A stretch of DNA of 64,000 bases from the human T2T-CHM13v2.0 reference genome, Homo sapiens, in assembly GCF_009914755.1 (NCBI RefSeq), contig NC_060947.1; one strand, given 5' to 3'. Position numbers and translations under genes: made by a program. Of this stretch, positions 30,752-47,265 are shown in pieces; the first letter of the stretch is position 1, and each line of letters opens with the position of its first letter. The notes beneath the pieces are model-generated. The model ran no database searches. It was not told where the DNA came from and saw only the letters and a program-made list of their open reading frames with translations.

Positions 30752-31040
30752 ACCGGGCACAGAGGCTCACACCTGTAATCCCAGCACTTAGGGAGGCCAA
30801 GGTGGGCAGATAACTTGAGGTCAGGAGTTGGAGACCAGCCTGGCCAACATGGTGAAACCCTGTCTCTACTAAAAATACAAAAATTAGTCAGGCATGGTAG
30901 CGGGTGCCTTTAATCCCACATACATGGGAGGCTGAGGCAGGAGAATCGCTTGAATCGGGAGGTGGAGGTTGCAGTGAGCCGAGACTGCGCCACTTCACTC
31001 CAGCCTGGGTGACAGAGCAAGATTCTGTCTCAAAAAAAAA
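30752..31040 (+). mobile_element. Alu (AluS-like)
   Basis: Full dimer, A tail followed by (TA)n. Confidence 0.94.
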
Positions 31041-32101
31041 TATATATATATATGTATATATGCAGGTGAATAAGACTGGATCGTGATATGTAAAACATAC
31101 CTAAGTTACTCTTATCACTACTGTTATTCTATCATCTCTTCAACTGGAAAACATTTATCCTATGATAAACCATAATCTCTGGAGGTCTTATGACAGTATG
31201 ACAACTCTCAGTGCCAGGTACAAAGTCCTGAGAGCAGAGTTGATCAGGGCAAGGAGAAAAGAGGGGCTGAAAAAGAAGAGAAGATGCTGTCCAGCTCACC
31301 CCAATTATTTCACTTCCAAGTTCTAAAGTGGCTTCAGTACACAGGTTCTTGCTTCCCCAGTGTGCAACTTTTTCCAGGTTTCTGGCCACTGGAGGTGGCT
31401 GTATTTATTATTGTCATCATGGTGTTGGTAGCTACTCATCAGGAGAACCCTGACTCAGAGACTAAGAGATATGAACTCATACACAAGAAAGAAGCAGTTA
31501 CCACTAAAGACAGGAAGAGTTTGATTCTTTAGTCTAAAGACCCAAGACAACACCATGGACCTAAAATCCTGACTTTCTCACCTGTTGTTTTGGTTGATCT
31601 TCTATTGGAAGATCAGTAGAAGAAACAGCCATGTGAAATTATGTTGACAACACTGATTATTAAGCTGTTTAGTGTCATTTACGTAACAGCCTCCATAATA
31701 CATTCTTTCTAGATTGAGCAACAACAAGAAAATACCTTGCCTGAAGAGCTCTCATGTTTCTTTTTATCAGATAAACAAAAAATGCATAACCAGTTGGTGT
31801 TCCTATTTTACCCCCAGCTACCCGCAAGCCCACAGTTCATTCACTGTAATAGCCTTTCAAAATTCTTTACTCCATTTAAAATTCTCCACTCCATCCTCCA
31901 TCTTTTTTATTTTCTGTTTACATTAAATGGGTTAATCTACATGATGCGTTCAAAATAGGCCCATAGTGAGTGCTCAGTAGTTGTTACCTATTGTTATTAA
32001 ATTAATAATTAATAACAATTATCACCATGATTGTACGAATCCTATTGAATATGATCAAATAATTTTAAGTAGATAGGGTTTATATTATAATTAAAAATTT
32101 A

Positions 32102-32441
<340 letters not shown>

Positions 32442-33904
32442 TTAAAGTTTCAGGCCCTGCTAGACTTTTTGTAAAAATTAAAGACATATGGTTCAAGAAT
32501 CAGTTACCACTTCTTTTTAAAACTGCACCCCTGATGTTTGAGGGACCAACAGATTTCTATTACTAAAGCAATTAGCGGGCTGATGAAATCATGTTAGCCC
32601 CTTATGTTCTTAATGAAAAAAAATCAATATTGACTGATTAAAAGAAAACAAATATTAGGAAAAGAAGAGAGATATGAGATGAGAAAGGACAGGTCAAGTT
32701 TATAATAAATTGTTTGAAAAGGAACACTGGCACAAAGTCAATTGCTTCAGTGGACAGAATTCAATATAACTAAGAAACCTAAGTTATATGGTATTAGAAG
32801 AAATCTCCAATACTTTACATTTATTTAGTGTAAAATGCTGTTATTCTTTCTTAATGATCAAAATTTTCCTTCATTTCAAAAGAAAATGACTATCACGACT
32901 GAAATACTTTAAGAACAAATTAATGGTCCCTAGGAAACTGCCTGCAGTTGAGGTTATACTTTCAACAACAGCATACACTACTAAATATACAACATTAGAA
33001 AAATTCAAGGTTTGACACAACTCTCTGATCACACATCTAGTAACTGTTGAAAATAGCGATAAATTCCTTTACCATCAATTTTTGTTCAGAAAACGACTTA
33101 ATACTTGAGGCAATTTATATTTGGCAAAATGTAGGATCTAAATCTACATTCCCTAAATGTCACCCCAGGAAGCCACAAAGCATTGGCATAACACTCATGC
33201 ATATAACATGATTCAAAGACATTTCTGAAATCAATAACTGCGCCAAATGCAATCATTTCTCTTTATTCTTAGTGATCAGCTTGCATTCCCCTCACATTAA
33301 AAACACATCTCATTTTTTTAGTTGTTTTTCCTTTCTGCAAAATATGAGGATAAAACAGCTGCTAGGACTTCAAGAAGAAAAACAAATATCCTGTCCTAAC
33401 AGCCGAGTTGCCATTAGTCTCTCGTTAATATGGTCGATTACAGAAATGTCTTCTATAAATTTGACTTATTGGAGGGAATATGGGCTGAATTATACAGTAT
33501 TTTTAAAGAAACACGAACTTATCACTTTCAAACACAAAGTGACCGCAGGAAGTATTGGCAACTAAAGCAACTTAAAGACCTACTTTAATAAACAGATATT
33601 TTTGTAATTAACACAATGGTTTTGATTACAATGGTTGTTCCTGAGGTGTTTGGGAATAGTCTCTTTCCCTATGTAGGTGTTAATCATTTCCTGATATAAT
33701 ATTTACACCATTTATTTGCTTAACAAACCTTTCATTACAGACCCAGCAGAGAGAGAAGCATGCTTATCCCCAGAATCTCATTGTATATTACTTCACTCTT
33801 GAGCTTAGAAGCAACCAAGAAAATCTCAGCACTCCAAGAGAAACACTAAAAGATTACTGGTAAAAAAATGGCAAATGCTTTATCTGTTTCTAAACTAAAG
33901 CAGA

Positions 33905-34345
33905 GGCCGGGCACAGCAGCTCACACCTGTAATCCCAGCACTTTGGGAGGCCAAGGCAGGCAGATCACTTGAGCCCAGAAGCTCGAGACCAGCCTGGGCA
34001 ACATGGCAAAACCCCATCTCTACAAAAAATACAGAAATTAGCCAGGTGTGGTGGCACACGCCTCTAGTCCCAGCGCTTTGGGAAGCCGAGGCAGGCAGAT
34101 CACTTGCGCTGGGAGTTCGAGACTGGCCTGGGCGATATGGCAAAACTCCCTCCTACAAAAAATATATAATTAGCCAGGCATGGTGGTGTGTGCTTGTGAT
34201 CTCAGCTACTTGGGAGGGTGAGGTGGGAGGATCATCTAAGGCTGGGAGGTTGAGGCTGCAGTGAGCCGTGATCACACCACTGCCCTCCAGGGTGGGTGAC
34301 AGAGTAAGACCTTGTCTCAAAAAAAAAAAAGTAAAAATAAAAATA
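33905..34345 (+). mobile_element. Trimeric Alu (left-left-right), AluJ-like
   Basis: Three monomers with two A-rich linkers; TAAAGCAGAG on both sides. Confidence 0.88.
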
Positions 34346-34488
34346 AAGCAGAGACAATCACATACCCATAAACTTAAAGCTAAGTTTAGATAAAGATTGG
34401 TTTGCCCTATCATAAGCTCATGCAGCTCAGCCCACACCCTGAGTGCCTCCTAGCATATGGATCATTAGAGCCATTGTAAGAGAAATTA

Positions 34489-34917
<429 letters not shown>

Positions 34918-35247
34918 TTAGTCTTCATATTTAAGCAAACTTGCCCCTTGCCTACAAACTTGCTCCCAATTTACAACAATGCAGTCAGTTCACTGCATTA
35001 AATGGAGAGCTTGGGACTTCAGCCTTTGTCATGGCTATGTAGTATGCCCTTCAGAAGAGGGGTCCACATTAGAAAATAGCTAAAAATACTTGCTTGTAAC
35101 CCAGAAACACTGGGATGTCACAGCTACTCATGTACCTCTAGGTAAAATTGTCAGGCATCCGAGCTAGTGTCTCTATACATACCCCAGCCTCAGGGTTCCT
35201 CATTAGGACTTTGAATTTCTGAACAAACTAAGAAATAGGGATCTACT

Positions 35248-35558
<311 letters not shown>

Positions 35559-36134
35559 CTATCTCACAGTGTTCATCTAAAATTCTGAAAAAACAATCTT
35601 TCTTGAAATACGGAAGACTCTGTTCTCAGAGCAGCAGCATGTGGCAAGGAAGGCTCCTTCCCATCCTGTTTTGATAACTGCTAAGACTTATCACTCAGGC
35701 TGCATTTGCTTACAATCCTAATCTCCCTGGCCAGCCTATGCACTTGCTCCCTGCACAGCCAGGACCCTCCTCTCCTTGAGACAACCTGCCCACTCGGTCA
35801 CCATTGATAAAGGCTTGGCAAGGGAAGGAATCTTGTCACCAATTGACAGATGCATTCCATCCATATTTTGCTAAACCAGAGTTTTACTATTGCAAGGCCA
35901 GGGGGCTTCATCTTGAGCCACCCACCAATCAAATGACAGTATTTCTGTGGTCTCTATGAAAATGAGAGCGGACTCAGACCTTTCATAAAAGCCTAAAGGC
36001 TTTAGCACTAATTGTCTGGTACCTTTGCAGACCACCTAGAGGACAGAAAACAACAGTGCAAAGTGACACAAGCGTTAACTTTGCATTTTCCAGTGCCCCT
36101 GTAAACCCAATCCTTAAAATGATGGCCACAGTAT

Positions 36135-36992
<858 letters not shown>

Positions 36993-37179
36993 TCATCTCA
37001 GGATCCACTGCCAGAAACACAAACCCTGGCCATTCACTGGGGGCGGGAGCTTGTGATGATGTAAAAAGCACTACTCCTAGAAAATGAGAAGGCCTTATAG
37101 GCCCATAATGTTCAAGAAAACTATGCTTTGCCCTGATTGCCATTCCCTTACCCCACATCCAAGACCAAGGGCTTTTCCT

Positions 37180-37366
37180 TGGAAGTAGTTATCACAACTG
37201 TAACTAATTACCAATTTTCAGAATTATTGAATCAATGTCTGCCTCACCATTTAGACTGTGAGCTCCATAAGTGTGAGACCTGGCTTGTATCCTTTTTATT
37301 CACTGTTCTATCCCCAGCGCCTAGCAATTAATAGGCACTTGCTAAATATCTGCTGAATGAATGAAT
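37180..37366 (+). mobile_element. L2 3' end
   Basis: TTAGACTGTGAGCTCCAT...TTCACTGTTCTATCCCCAGCGCCTAGCA...TAGGCACTTGCTAAATATCTGCTGAATGAATGAA. Confidence 0.75.
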
Positions 37367-37493
37367 CCAGTTTAGGCACCCCCTTTCTACAGATGGGAGT
37401 TCATATGTATAATCTCATATTCACAAGTCCTAAAGAGTCAACTATGCCCTCTGAAAGCTTTTTTCCTAAGAGCAACCTATTTGCAAGGAGTAC

Positions 37494-38245
37494 TCATTCA
37501 TGTATTCATTCAACAAACATTTTTGAGTATTAGCCAATGTGGTAGGCATTGGGTATAGGGCAGTGAATAAAAGAGGCAAAGCCCCTGCCCACAGGTCAGG
37601 TGGTGATAACTAAGAAGAAGAAAGCAGAGAGGAAGAAGGACGAAGTATATGAATATATGTGTGTGTCTGCAGGGGGTGGGGGGGTGGGAGTATCCTATTT
37701 TATACAGAGACCAGGAAAAGCTTCTCTATTAAGGTGATAGGTAATCAAAGCCCTGAAACATGTGAGGGAGTGAACCATGCTGCTATCTGGCAGCAGGGTG
37801 TTCAAGGCACTGAAAATAAGAAGTGCAAAGGCCCCTGAACGTGCCTGGTGTGCTTGAAGGAAAACAGAGAGACCAACATGGCTAGAGTGGGATGGGACCT
37901 GGATAAAGATAAAGCCTGAGAAGAGAAGACCTCGTGGGCTGGCACAGGAGAAGGCAGATGTGCTCATAAGCCTTGATTTTCACTCTAGCTGGCATGGGGA
38001 ACCATTGGAGCATTCTGAGCAAAGGAGTGATACGATCTAAGTTTAAGAGAATACCATCACACTGGTTGCTATGCTGAGAACACAGGCTGGGGAGAGCCAG
38101 AGCCAGAGAGCTAGAGCAGGGGAACTGATATGGGCGACTGCAATAATCCAGGCAAGAGGTAATGAGGGGTGAGACCAGGATAGTAGTCACTGAGATGGTA
38201 AGATGACAAATTTTACATATATCTTGAAAGCAGAGCCCAAAGGTA
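37494..38245 (-). mobile_element. L2 fragment (tail-to-tail with the previous L2)
   Basis: TCATTCATGTATTCATTCAACAAACATTTTTGAG...AAGTGCAAAGGCCCTGA...GGGAACCATTGGAGCATTCTGAGCA...GCAATAATCCAGGCAAGAG. Confidence 0.75.
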
Positions 38246-39383
38246 GAGATTATGAAACATTAGCTAAGCTGAAACATATCCCATCCAGTCACCTAAATCT
38301 TTATTCAGATTACAAGAAAATTGATGCAGTCCCTTATTGTGGAAGGTTGTTATTTCATCATTTGCTCTCCAACCTAAAGAATACACGAACATCTTCTAAG
38401 ACTGCCTCACTGCTTAATAATCCATTGACCTCATACCAGAAGAGCCTCCCAGAATGTGTCCAGGCCCATCAGATCTGAGAGGGCAGAAAGAAAAGTTAGT
38501 TCCAAACTGTGGGTAAACAACAAGGCAGAACATTAACCAACCAGCCAGCTGGGGGCATTTAATTCAAATTCAGTTTAAAGTGAACTCATTTCACTACTCC
38601 CCTTTAAAAAAAATCTCCCCATAAACACAAAGAACTAATCCTTACCATAGCCTCCAACATCCTGGTGACAGGTGATGTTTAAGGACCATTTCTAAAGTAC
38701 ATTGGTAAAAAGTTGTCTTATTTTGCTTTTTAAAATCTTAGCACAGGGAAATCTTCTATAATTAAGGCAATTTAAACAATAGTAGATAATAATTTGACTA
38801 TAAATTGTAAGGAATGTAATGACTGCTTACTCTGGCACCAAAAAACAGGACTTTCTGTGAAGTCACTGCCAAGAAAAATGATACTCCCACTCAGACTGGA
38901 CCACTGCAAGTAGTAACTGCTAACCACATGCTTTACACTGCAGTTTGCAAGGACACAGTGCTTTGTTTTCATCTCTGACCAAACACCAGACCGAAAACTC
39001 AATGGAGACAAATGTGTGGTGAAATAGAAACAATAACTGAAGGAAAAAAAAATATTCTGGTGGCTTAATGCTTGCTGGGATGATGACGTCAAGGGTTTGG
39101 TGAACTAAGGAAATGTCTACAGTCCAAAAGAAACCACTTCCAGCCTGCTCTGGTAGGCAGAAGGTGAACAGAAGAAAGAAGACAGGCTTTAAGAGGCCTG
39201 CAAAAGCCAAACTAACAAAGTGGCTTTGCAAAGAAAGGACTAGCATGAAAAGAATGGTTGCGATGATGCAGAGATCAAGTCCTGACCCAAACCTCCAGGA
39301 GAAGAAGACGGAAGTGAGCACCTAGTAGAAAGGCTGATGCAACAAAAAGGGGCAAAGGTAGCCTCTTCTAAAAGCACCTCTGA

Positions 39384-39702
<319 letters not shown>

Positions 39703-39972
39703 AGCACCTCTGCAGGCACAGCCAAGTTCCTGCTAATGTCTGGAACAGACAGCGTAAGAAGTAGCAACCATTTGTCTACCGGGATTAAAACAAACCACAT
39801 GAAATACTAAGCGCCCACCTCCAAGCAAGCCAAGAAAGAGCACCACGCTCTAGGTTAAGGGGTAAAAAAACATGTTTTCCTTTTCCTTTCCTTACTTAGG
39901 CATCTAGGACTGAATGTATGCAAAAGTTAAAAATAAATGAGATAGCTTAAAATAATTAGATTTAAAAAGGGT

Positions 39973-40287
39973 TATCTTAGCCTGTTTGGGCTGCTAAAAC
40001 AAAATACCAAAGATTGGGTGGCTTCTAAACAACAGAAATTTATTGCTTGCAGTTCTGGAGGCCAGGAAGTCCAAGATCAAGATGCTGGTAGATTGGGTTC
40101 TGGTAAGGGCATGCTTCCTCATAGAGGGCCATCTTCTCACCGTAATTTCATGTGGCGCAAGTGTTAACGGTTTTCTCTGGGGCCTCTTTTATAAGGGCAC
40201 TAATCACATTCATGAGGGTTTACCTCCCAGAGACTCCACCTCCTAATACCATCACCTTGAGGGTTAGGATTTCAACATATGAATTTT
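39973..40287 (-). mobile_element. MaLR LTR, MLT1A-like (5' end truncated)
   Basis: Matches recalled MLT1 motifs: GGGCTGCTAAAACAAAATACC, AAACAACAGAAATTTATT, CAGTTCTGGAGGCCAGGAAGTCCAAGATCAAG, CCTAATACCATCACCTTGAGGGTTAGGATTTCAACATATGAATTTT. Confidence 0.85.
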
Positions 40288-40464
40288 AGAAGAATAGAGT
40301 AAGAGCACAGCAGATATGAATAAAAATATCTCGTCCTGGAATGAGTACAGAAACAAAAAGTCATGCTTAACGTTCCTGAGCACCTACCACATGCCATGCA
40401 GTATGTTAGGAACTGGGGATACATGGTTTCTCAGATCTGGCATGATAGGGCACATAGAGCTGCC

Positions 40465-40758
40465 TTTTTTTTTTTTTGACAGAGTCTCACTCTGTCGCCC
40501 AAGCTGGGGTGTAGTGGTGTGATCTTGGCTTGCTGCAATCTCTGCCTCCCAAGTTCAAACAATCCTTGTGCCTCAGCCTCCCGAGTAGCTGGGATTACAG
40601 GTGCATACCACCACACCCCAGCTAATTTTTGTGTTTTTAGTCGAGAAGGGGTTTCACCATGTTGGCCAGGCTGGTCTTGAACTCCTGGCCTCAAGTGATC
40701 TGCCTGCCTCGACCTCCCAAAGTGATGGGATTACAGGCGAGAGCCACCATGCCCAGCC
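40465..40758 (-). mobile_element. Alu
   Basis: Poly-T then full dimer. Confidence 0.94.
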
Positions 40759-41027
40759 AAGCTTTGCTTTTTTTTAAGGTTCAAATAGCTACATAGTCAG
40801 ACACTATCCTTAACTTCTAGTGTTTCTTATGATTATACATTTACCTAGTTTGGTAAATGTTTACAAGGGAAACCAGTATTCAAATGTGTCACCCTTAACG
40901 AGGAACCAACTGTTGTTGACTTCAGGTCAAAACTCAGTTCCCTAAACTGACCACAGCAGGTAGTACAGTATCAGAAACTAAGTTGAACCTAGATGTTCTA
41001 GAGGGCTTTCAAAAGAAGGTGCAGAGG

Positions 41028-41685
<658 letters not shown>

Positions 41686-41866
41686 TTAATAATATACAAT
41701 TTTTAACACATTTTTTAAAATAAAAAGACAAAGTGACACGTAGATTGACTCCTTGTTGATCCAGCACTGTTGGGAAACTGGGTGCTCTAGATAGGTAAAT
41801 GTGTAAGTTAACTAAATTTCCCCCTTAAGGGTAGTTTTCATATTTTGAATATTTCCAATAGAACTC

Positions 41867-42198
<332 letters not shown>

Positions 42199-43228
42199 TT
42201 AAATCAGAATAAGCCAAACACCATTATTTAATACTGTAATGAAATATACTAGTGCCCTCGATGATTATGGTTACAAAGGTGGCTTTGAGCATTCGCCCAT
42301 TCTAGGAGATCTCAAACTGCCAAGATCAGCAAGTTCTGGCTCTCCCATTCAGCTTCTGGTCACCCTCCAACTGTCCTCTCTCACTTCTTCCAGATGTCAA
42401 GTCTTACCTGCCTCTAACACGATCCCTTCCTGTGATTCCCATCGGCCCCCAACCAATACCATTTGCTACTTCTAATCTGCCATAGACTGGGAAACTGGAT
42501 AACCAAAGCATTTTATCTTCTCACGTATAAACCCTATCTACCTAATTTGAATGCAAGTTCCTCAAAAGCTTGATTCCTGCTTGACACCTCTTGGAATCCC
42601 CTGCACCCAGCATACTGCTCTGGATACAGGAGCCATTCAATGATTGCTGATAATAAATTTCTGAAGGCCTTTTCTCCACATAGAATGCATGGGCTTTATG
42701 ACAGCTGTTTCCATCATTTGGCTTTTCTGCTTACTTCCACATTCCCAGCTGTGTTCTGGATGGTTGCACCAGCTAGAAGCCTAGGGATTTACTGTACTTC
42801 TATTTCTTGATAAGATACTTGAAGAGAATAAACACATGGCAAAGAGGACATTAAAGTAAGGGATAAAGAGATTTATTTTAATTTTACCAATAAAGAAAAA
42901 GGGAAGAAATATCACCTAGCATGTTGACACTTAATCAATAAATGACAGCAAGGCTGGATTCTGTTCTAATTCTTTCCAAAGTATTCTCATTGTGCTTGTC
43001 TTATGTCTCTACCTGCAGCAAAGCAGCACTCAGTTGTGGTTCACACTTATATCTTGATTGAAAACATTTTCCTCCATGTTTGACACACCTTTCTCTTAAA
43101 TCCAAGTTAGCCAAAATTAAAACAACCATGCACTGATTCTAAACTAAAGGCTTTATCTCAAACAACATTTTGTGATGAATCTCATTGGAAAATTTAGAAT
43201 AATAGAATCTCAGAGATGGAAGGGACCT

Positions 43229-43850
<622 letters not shown>

Positions 43851-43898
43851 TACACACACACACACACACATTCATCCATCCATCCATCCATCCATCAT
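43851..43898. repeat. Compound (AC)n-(CATC)n microsatellite at an Alu tail
   Basis: TACACACACACACACACACATTCATCCATCCATCCATCCATCCATCAT. Confidence 0.92.
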
Positions 43899-45218
43899 GG
43901 CCTAGTCCTTCCTGAAAAAAGTATTATTTCATTGGTATGGGGTGGTACCCAGGCATTAGTATATTTTAAAAGCTCCTCAGGTGCCAGGTGGTTCAATTTC
44001 ACCCCATTTTTCAAAGAGGGAAGAACCTCACCAAAGGTATTTGACAACAAATTTGCCAGAGTTAGGCTAGAACTACTCATCCTAACAAGCCATGTCTTCT
44101 CCATGTAAACTACTCCATCTACAACAGTGGAGTCTCTTCCCTCCCTCACTCTCCCTCTCTGTCCAACTATCCCCACCTATCTCAAAGTAAATATATTTTC
44201 TGAATATTCTTTGCCTTAGAATCCCATTGCATAATTTTTAAAAACCTAAATGATGTATGTCTGCTTCCCTGTATCCTCATGCTTTTTTTTCCACACAAAG
44301 AATCCCGAGAGATCAATCAGGCATGGTTTACCCTTAAAGAAGCCATATTGCTTCTCCCTAGATAGGTTGGACTCAACCCACCCTTTTCACCATTATTATC
44401 ACACATGCCATCTTTCAAATCCCTTGCAAGATTCAACTTCAATTCTCTGTCAGCCCACTTAATTTCTAGTTTGTACCTGGGCCTTGTGAAACCTAGTGGA
44501 CTTCCCTCTTCTGGCTTAAACTCTTTGTATTTTGTGAAAGATGCCTTTTTCCCTGAAGCAGCCTCTTTTACTCTGCCAGTTAGTCATGCCGGGTTCTTTT
44601 TTTCTTCCCCCGAGCAGTTGGTCTTTTTGATGTCTGGCACACATTTATCTGGGCTTCCAATAAGATGTTTTTACATAGTTTCCAGGCTTCCTGGAGGTTA
44701 TTGACTTTTTTAACTCTCCCATTCAGTTTTTTCCCCTAATTTCTAACATTTGTTAGAGTTTCTTTCTCAAAAGTTGAATACCTGGCTGATGCAGCTCTTT
44801 GATTTTTCTCTCCCACCAGATTGCTGAATTAAATGCATCAGAACTTAAACATAATATTTCAAATTACCTCCAGGATGGAATCGCTTCATGCATTTTCTGC
44901 ACTTTCATGTTCTCTATAGTAAGCAACAGATGTTTAACCAAGTAGATTTGAAAATGCTAGTTTTTACCTGTTTGTATTTTAGTATGTCTGTTTATTTATA
45001 TAAAATATTCTGATACCCTTCAAAGCTTGTGTTCTTCTTGGTAAAGACAATAAACTTGAGTTTTTTTATGTTAAAAGGTAACTGATGCACACTGAACAGT
45101 TGCATGTGGTAAATTTGCTCTAAATTGCCTAATCACAACAGTCTCAACTGTTCATTCTTTAAAGAAGTGTATCTCAAGGCATTAAGAAAAACAATTCTGA
45201 ATCTTTCTGAAAAATTCC

Positions 45219-45510
45219 TGGCCAGTGCAGTAGCTCATGCCTGTAATCCCAGCACTTTGGGAGGCCGAGGTGGATCACCTGAGGTCAGGAGTTCAAGACC
45301 AGCCTGACTAACATGGAAAAACTCCATCTCTACTAAAAATACAAAATTAGCCGGGCATGGTGGTGCATGCCTGTAATCCCAGCTACTCTGGAGGCTGAGG
45401 CAGGAGAATGGCTTGAACCAGAGGCGGAGGTTGCGGAGAGCTGAGATCGTGCCATTGCACTCCAGCCTGGGCAACAAGAGCGAAACTCTGTTTCAAAAAA
45501 TAAAAAAAAA
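45219..45510 (+). mobile_element. Alu (AluS-like)
   Basis: Dimer with small internal deletions. Confidence 0.93.
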
Positions 45511-45618
45511 TCCTATAAGCATTCAGTTATTAATGAAGTGGTAAAGACAAGTACTCCCCCAAAAGAATAAAAACGTTCTCCAAGCTATACCAACATATGC
45601 ATATTTACTTTAAATTTA

Positions 45619-46118
<500 letters not shown>

Positions 46119-47024
46119 GTTTAGATCCAAAAGATTCCTAGGAGATCAACAGACCATGGAATGACAATCTATCATCAAGGCAGTATAATCTCATTGTAGC
46201 ACTAGTGTCTGACAGAGAACACAATAGAATTGGCTATGTTATTCTCCCACTTGTTTAACAAATATTGCACTGACCTACCACACTTGGTACTGCTACCCAC
46301 AGACAAGACGAGGAGTTGTCATCTTTGCCCTCAAGTTGCTTCCAGTTGAGAAGACAAACACGTACCTGCACACACAGTTAACTATAATACAAGGCAGTTA
46401 TGTACAAAGACCATGGACTGGTTCCAACAGGGAATTAGGAAGAAGTGGGCACATAACCCTGGAGAGTTCAGAAGTGACTCAATGAAAGAAGTATCATTTG
46501 AGATGCTTGGAGCCACTGAAGCTCAAAGCACAGGAATAACTCTAATCAAAGCAGTGATGTAAGGAAATTAAGCTGGCGATGTTCAGGATAGAACAGGGAT
46601 TTAGGAGGGGGGGACAGACAAGAGGCAGGTAGACCAGTTAAGAACTATTTAAAAAGAGTCTGCTGACAGACCTCCCTGTCTTTATCTCTTGCCTCGCCAA
46701 CCCTTAACCCAAAGAGCCACTAGTTATCTTCCTAAAACAGCTTGACTGACGACATTCCCCTCCCTCAGAAACCCTCATTGGCTCAATTGTATTGTCCAGG
46801 AAATACAATTTATATTCCTTCTACCATTAACACTAGATTGTCTATGTCTGGGTTTGACATTTTGTCTACAAAAGATGTGACTGGATCCTCTCCACTATAA
46901 CACGAAAATTGTGCCGTTTTGATGATGGTCTGTTACTAGTTAGCTGAGGGTCCTCCCATACTTTATATCTCAACAACCTCTATGGGAATAGAGAAGGTAC
47001 TTTCTTGTCTTACTATCTGTACAA

Positions 47025-47265
47025 CATAGCATGAACTATACTCTAGAACAGATAAGACCTGGGTTCAAATCCCACCTCTGTTATTCATTAGCTATAAGAT
47101 TGTGAACATATTTCATAATCCCTTTGAATTTGTTTTCTTGTCTATAAAATGGAGATGATAATTCTGATGTCATATGGTTGTTGTGGGTTTTAAATGAGAC
47201 AATCATGTAAGTTCCTTGGTATAGGGCCAGGCCCAGAGAAAGCATTCAATAGCTACGAACTCTTA
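47025..47265 (+). mobile_element. MIR
   Basis: AGACCTGGGTTCAAATCCCACCTCTG...CTATAAAATGGAGATGATAAT...GGTTGTTGTGGGTTTTAAATGAG. Confidence 0.7.

Noticed and set aside
39113-39325. 70-aa Lys/Arg-rich ORF
   Set aside because: Antisense intronic, no recognisable homology, no poly-A/TSD to suggest a retrocopy; purine-rich composition explains it.
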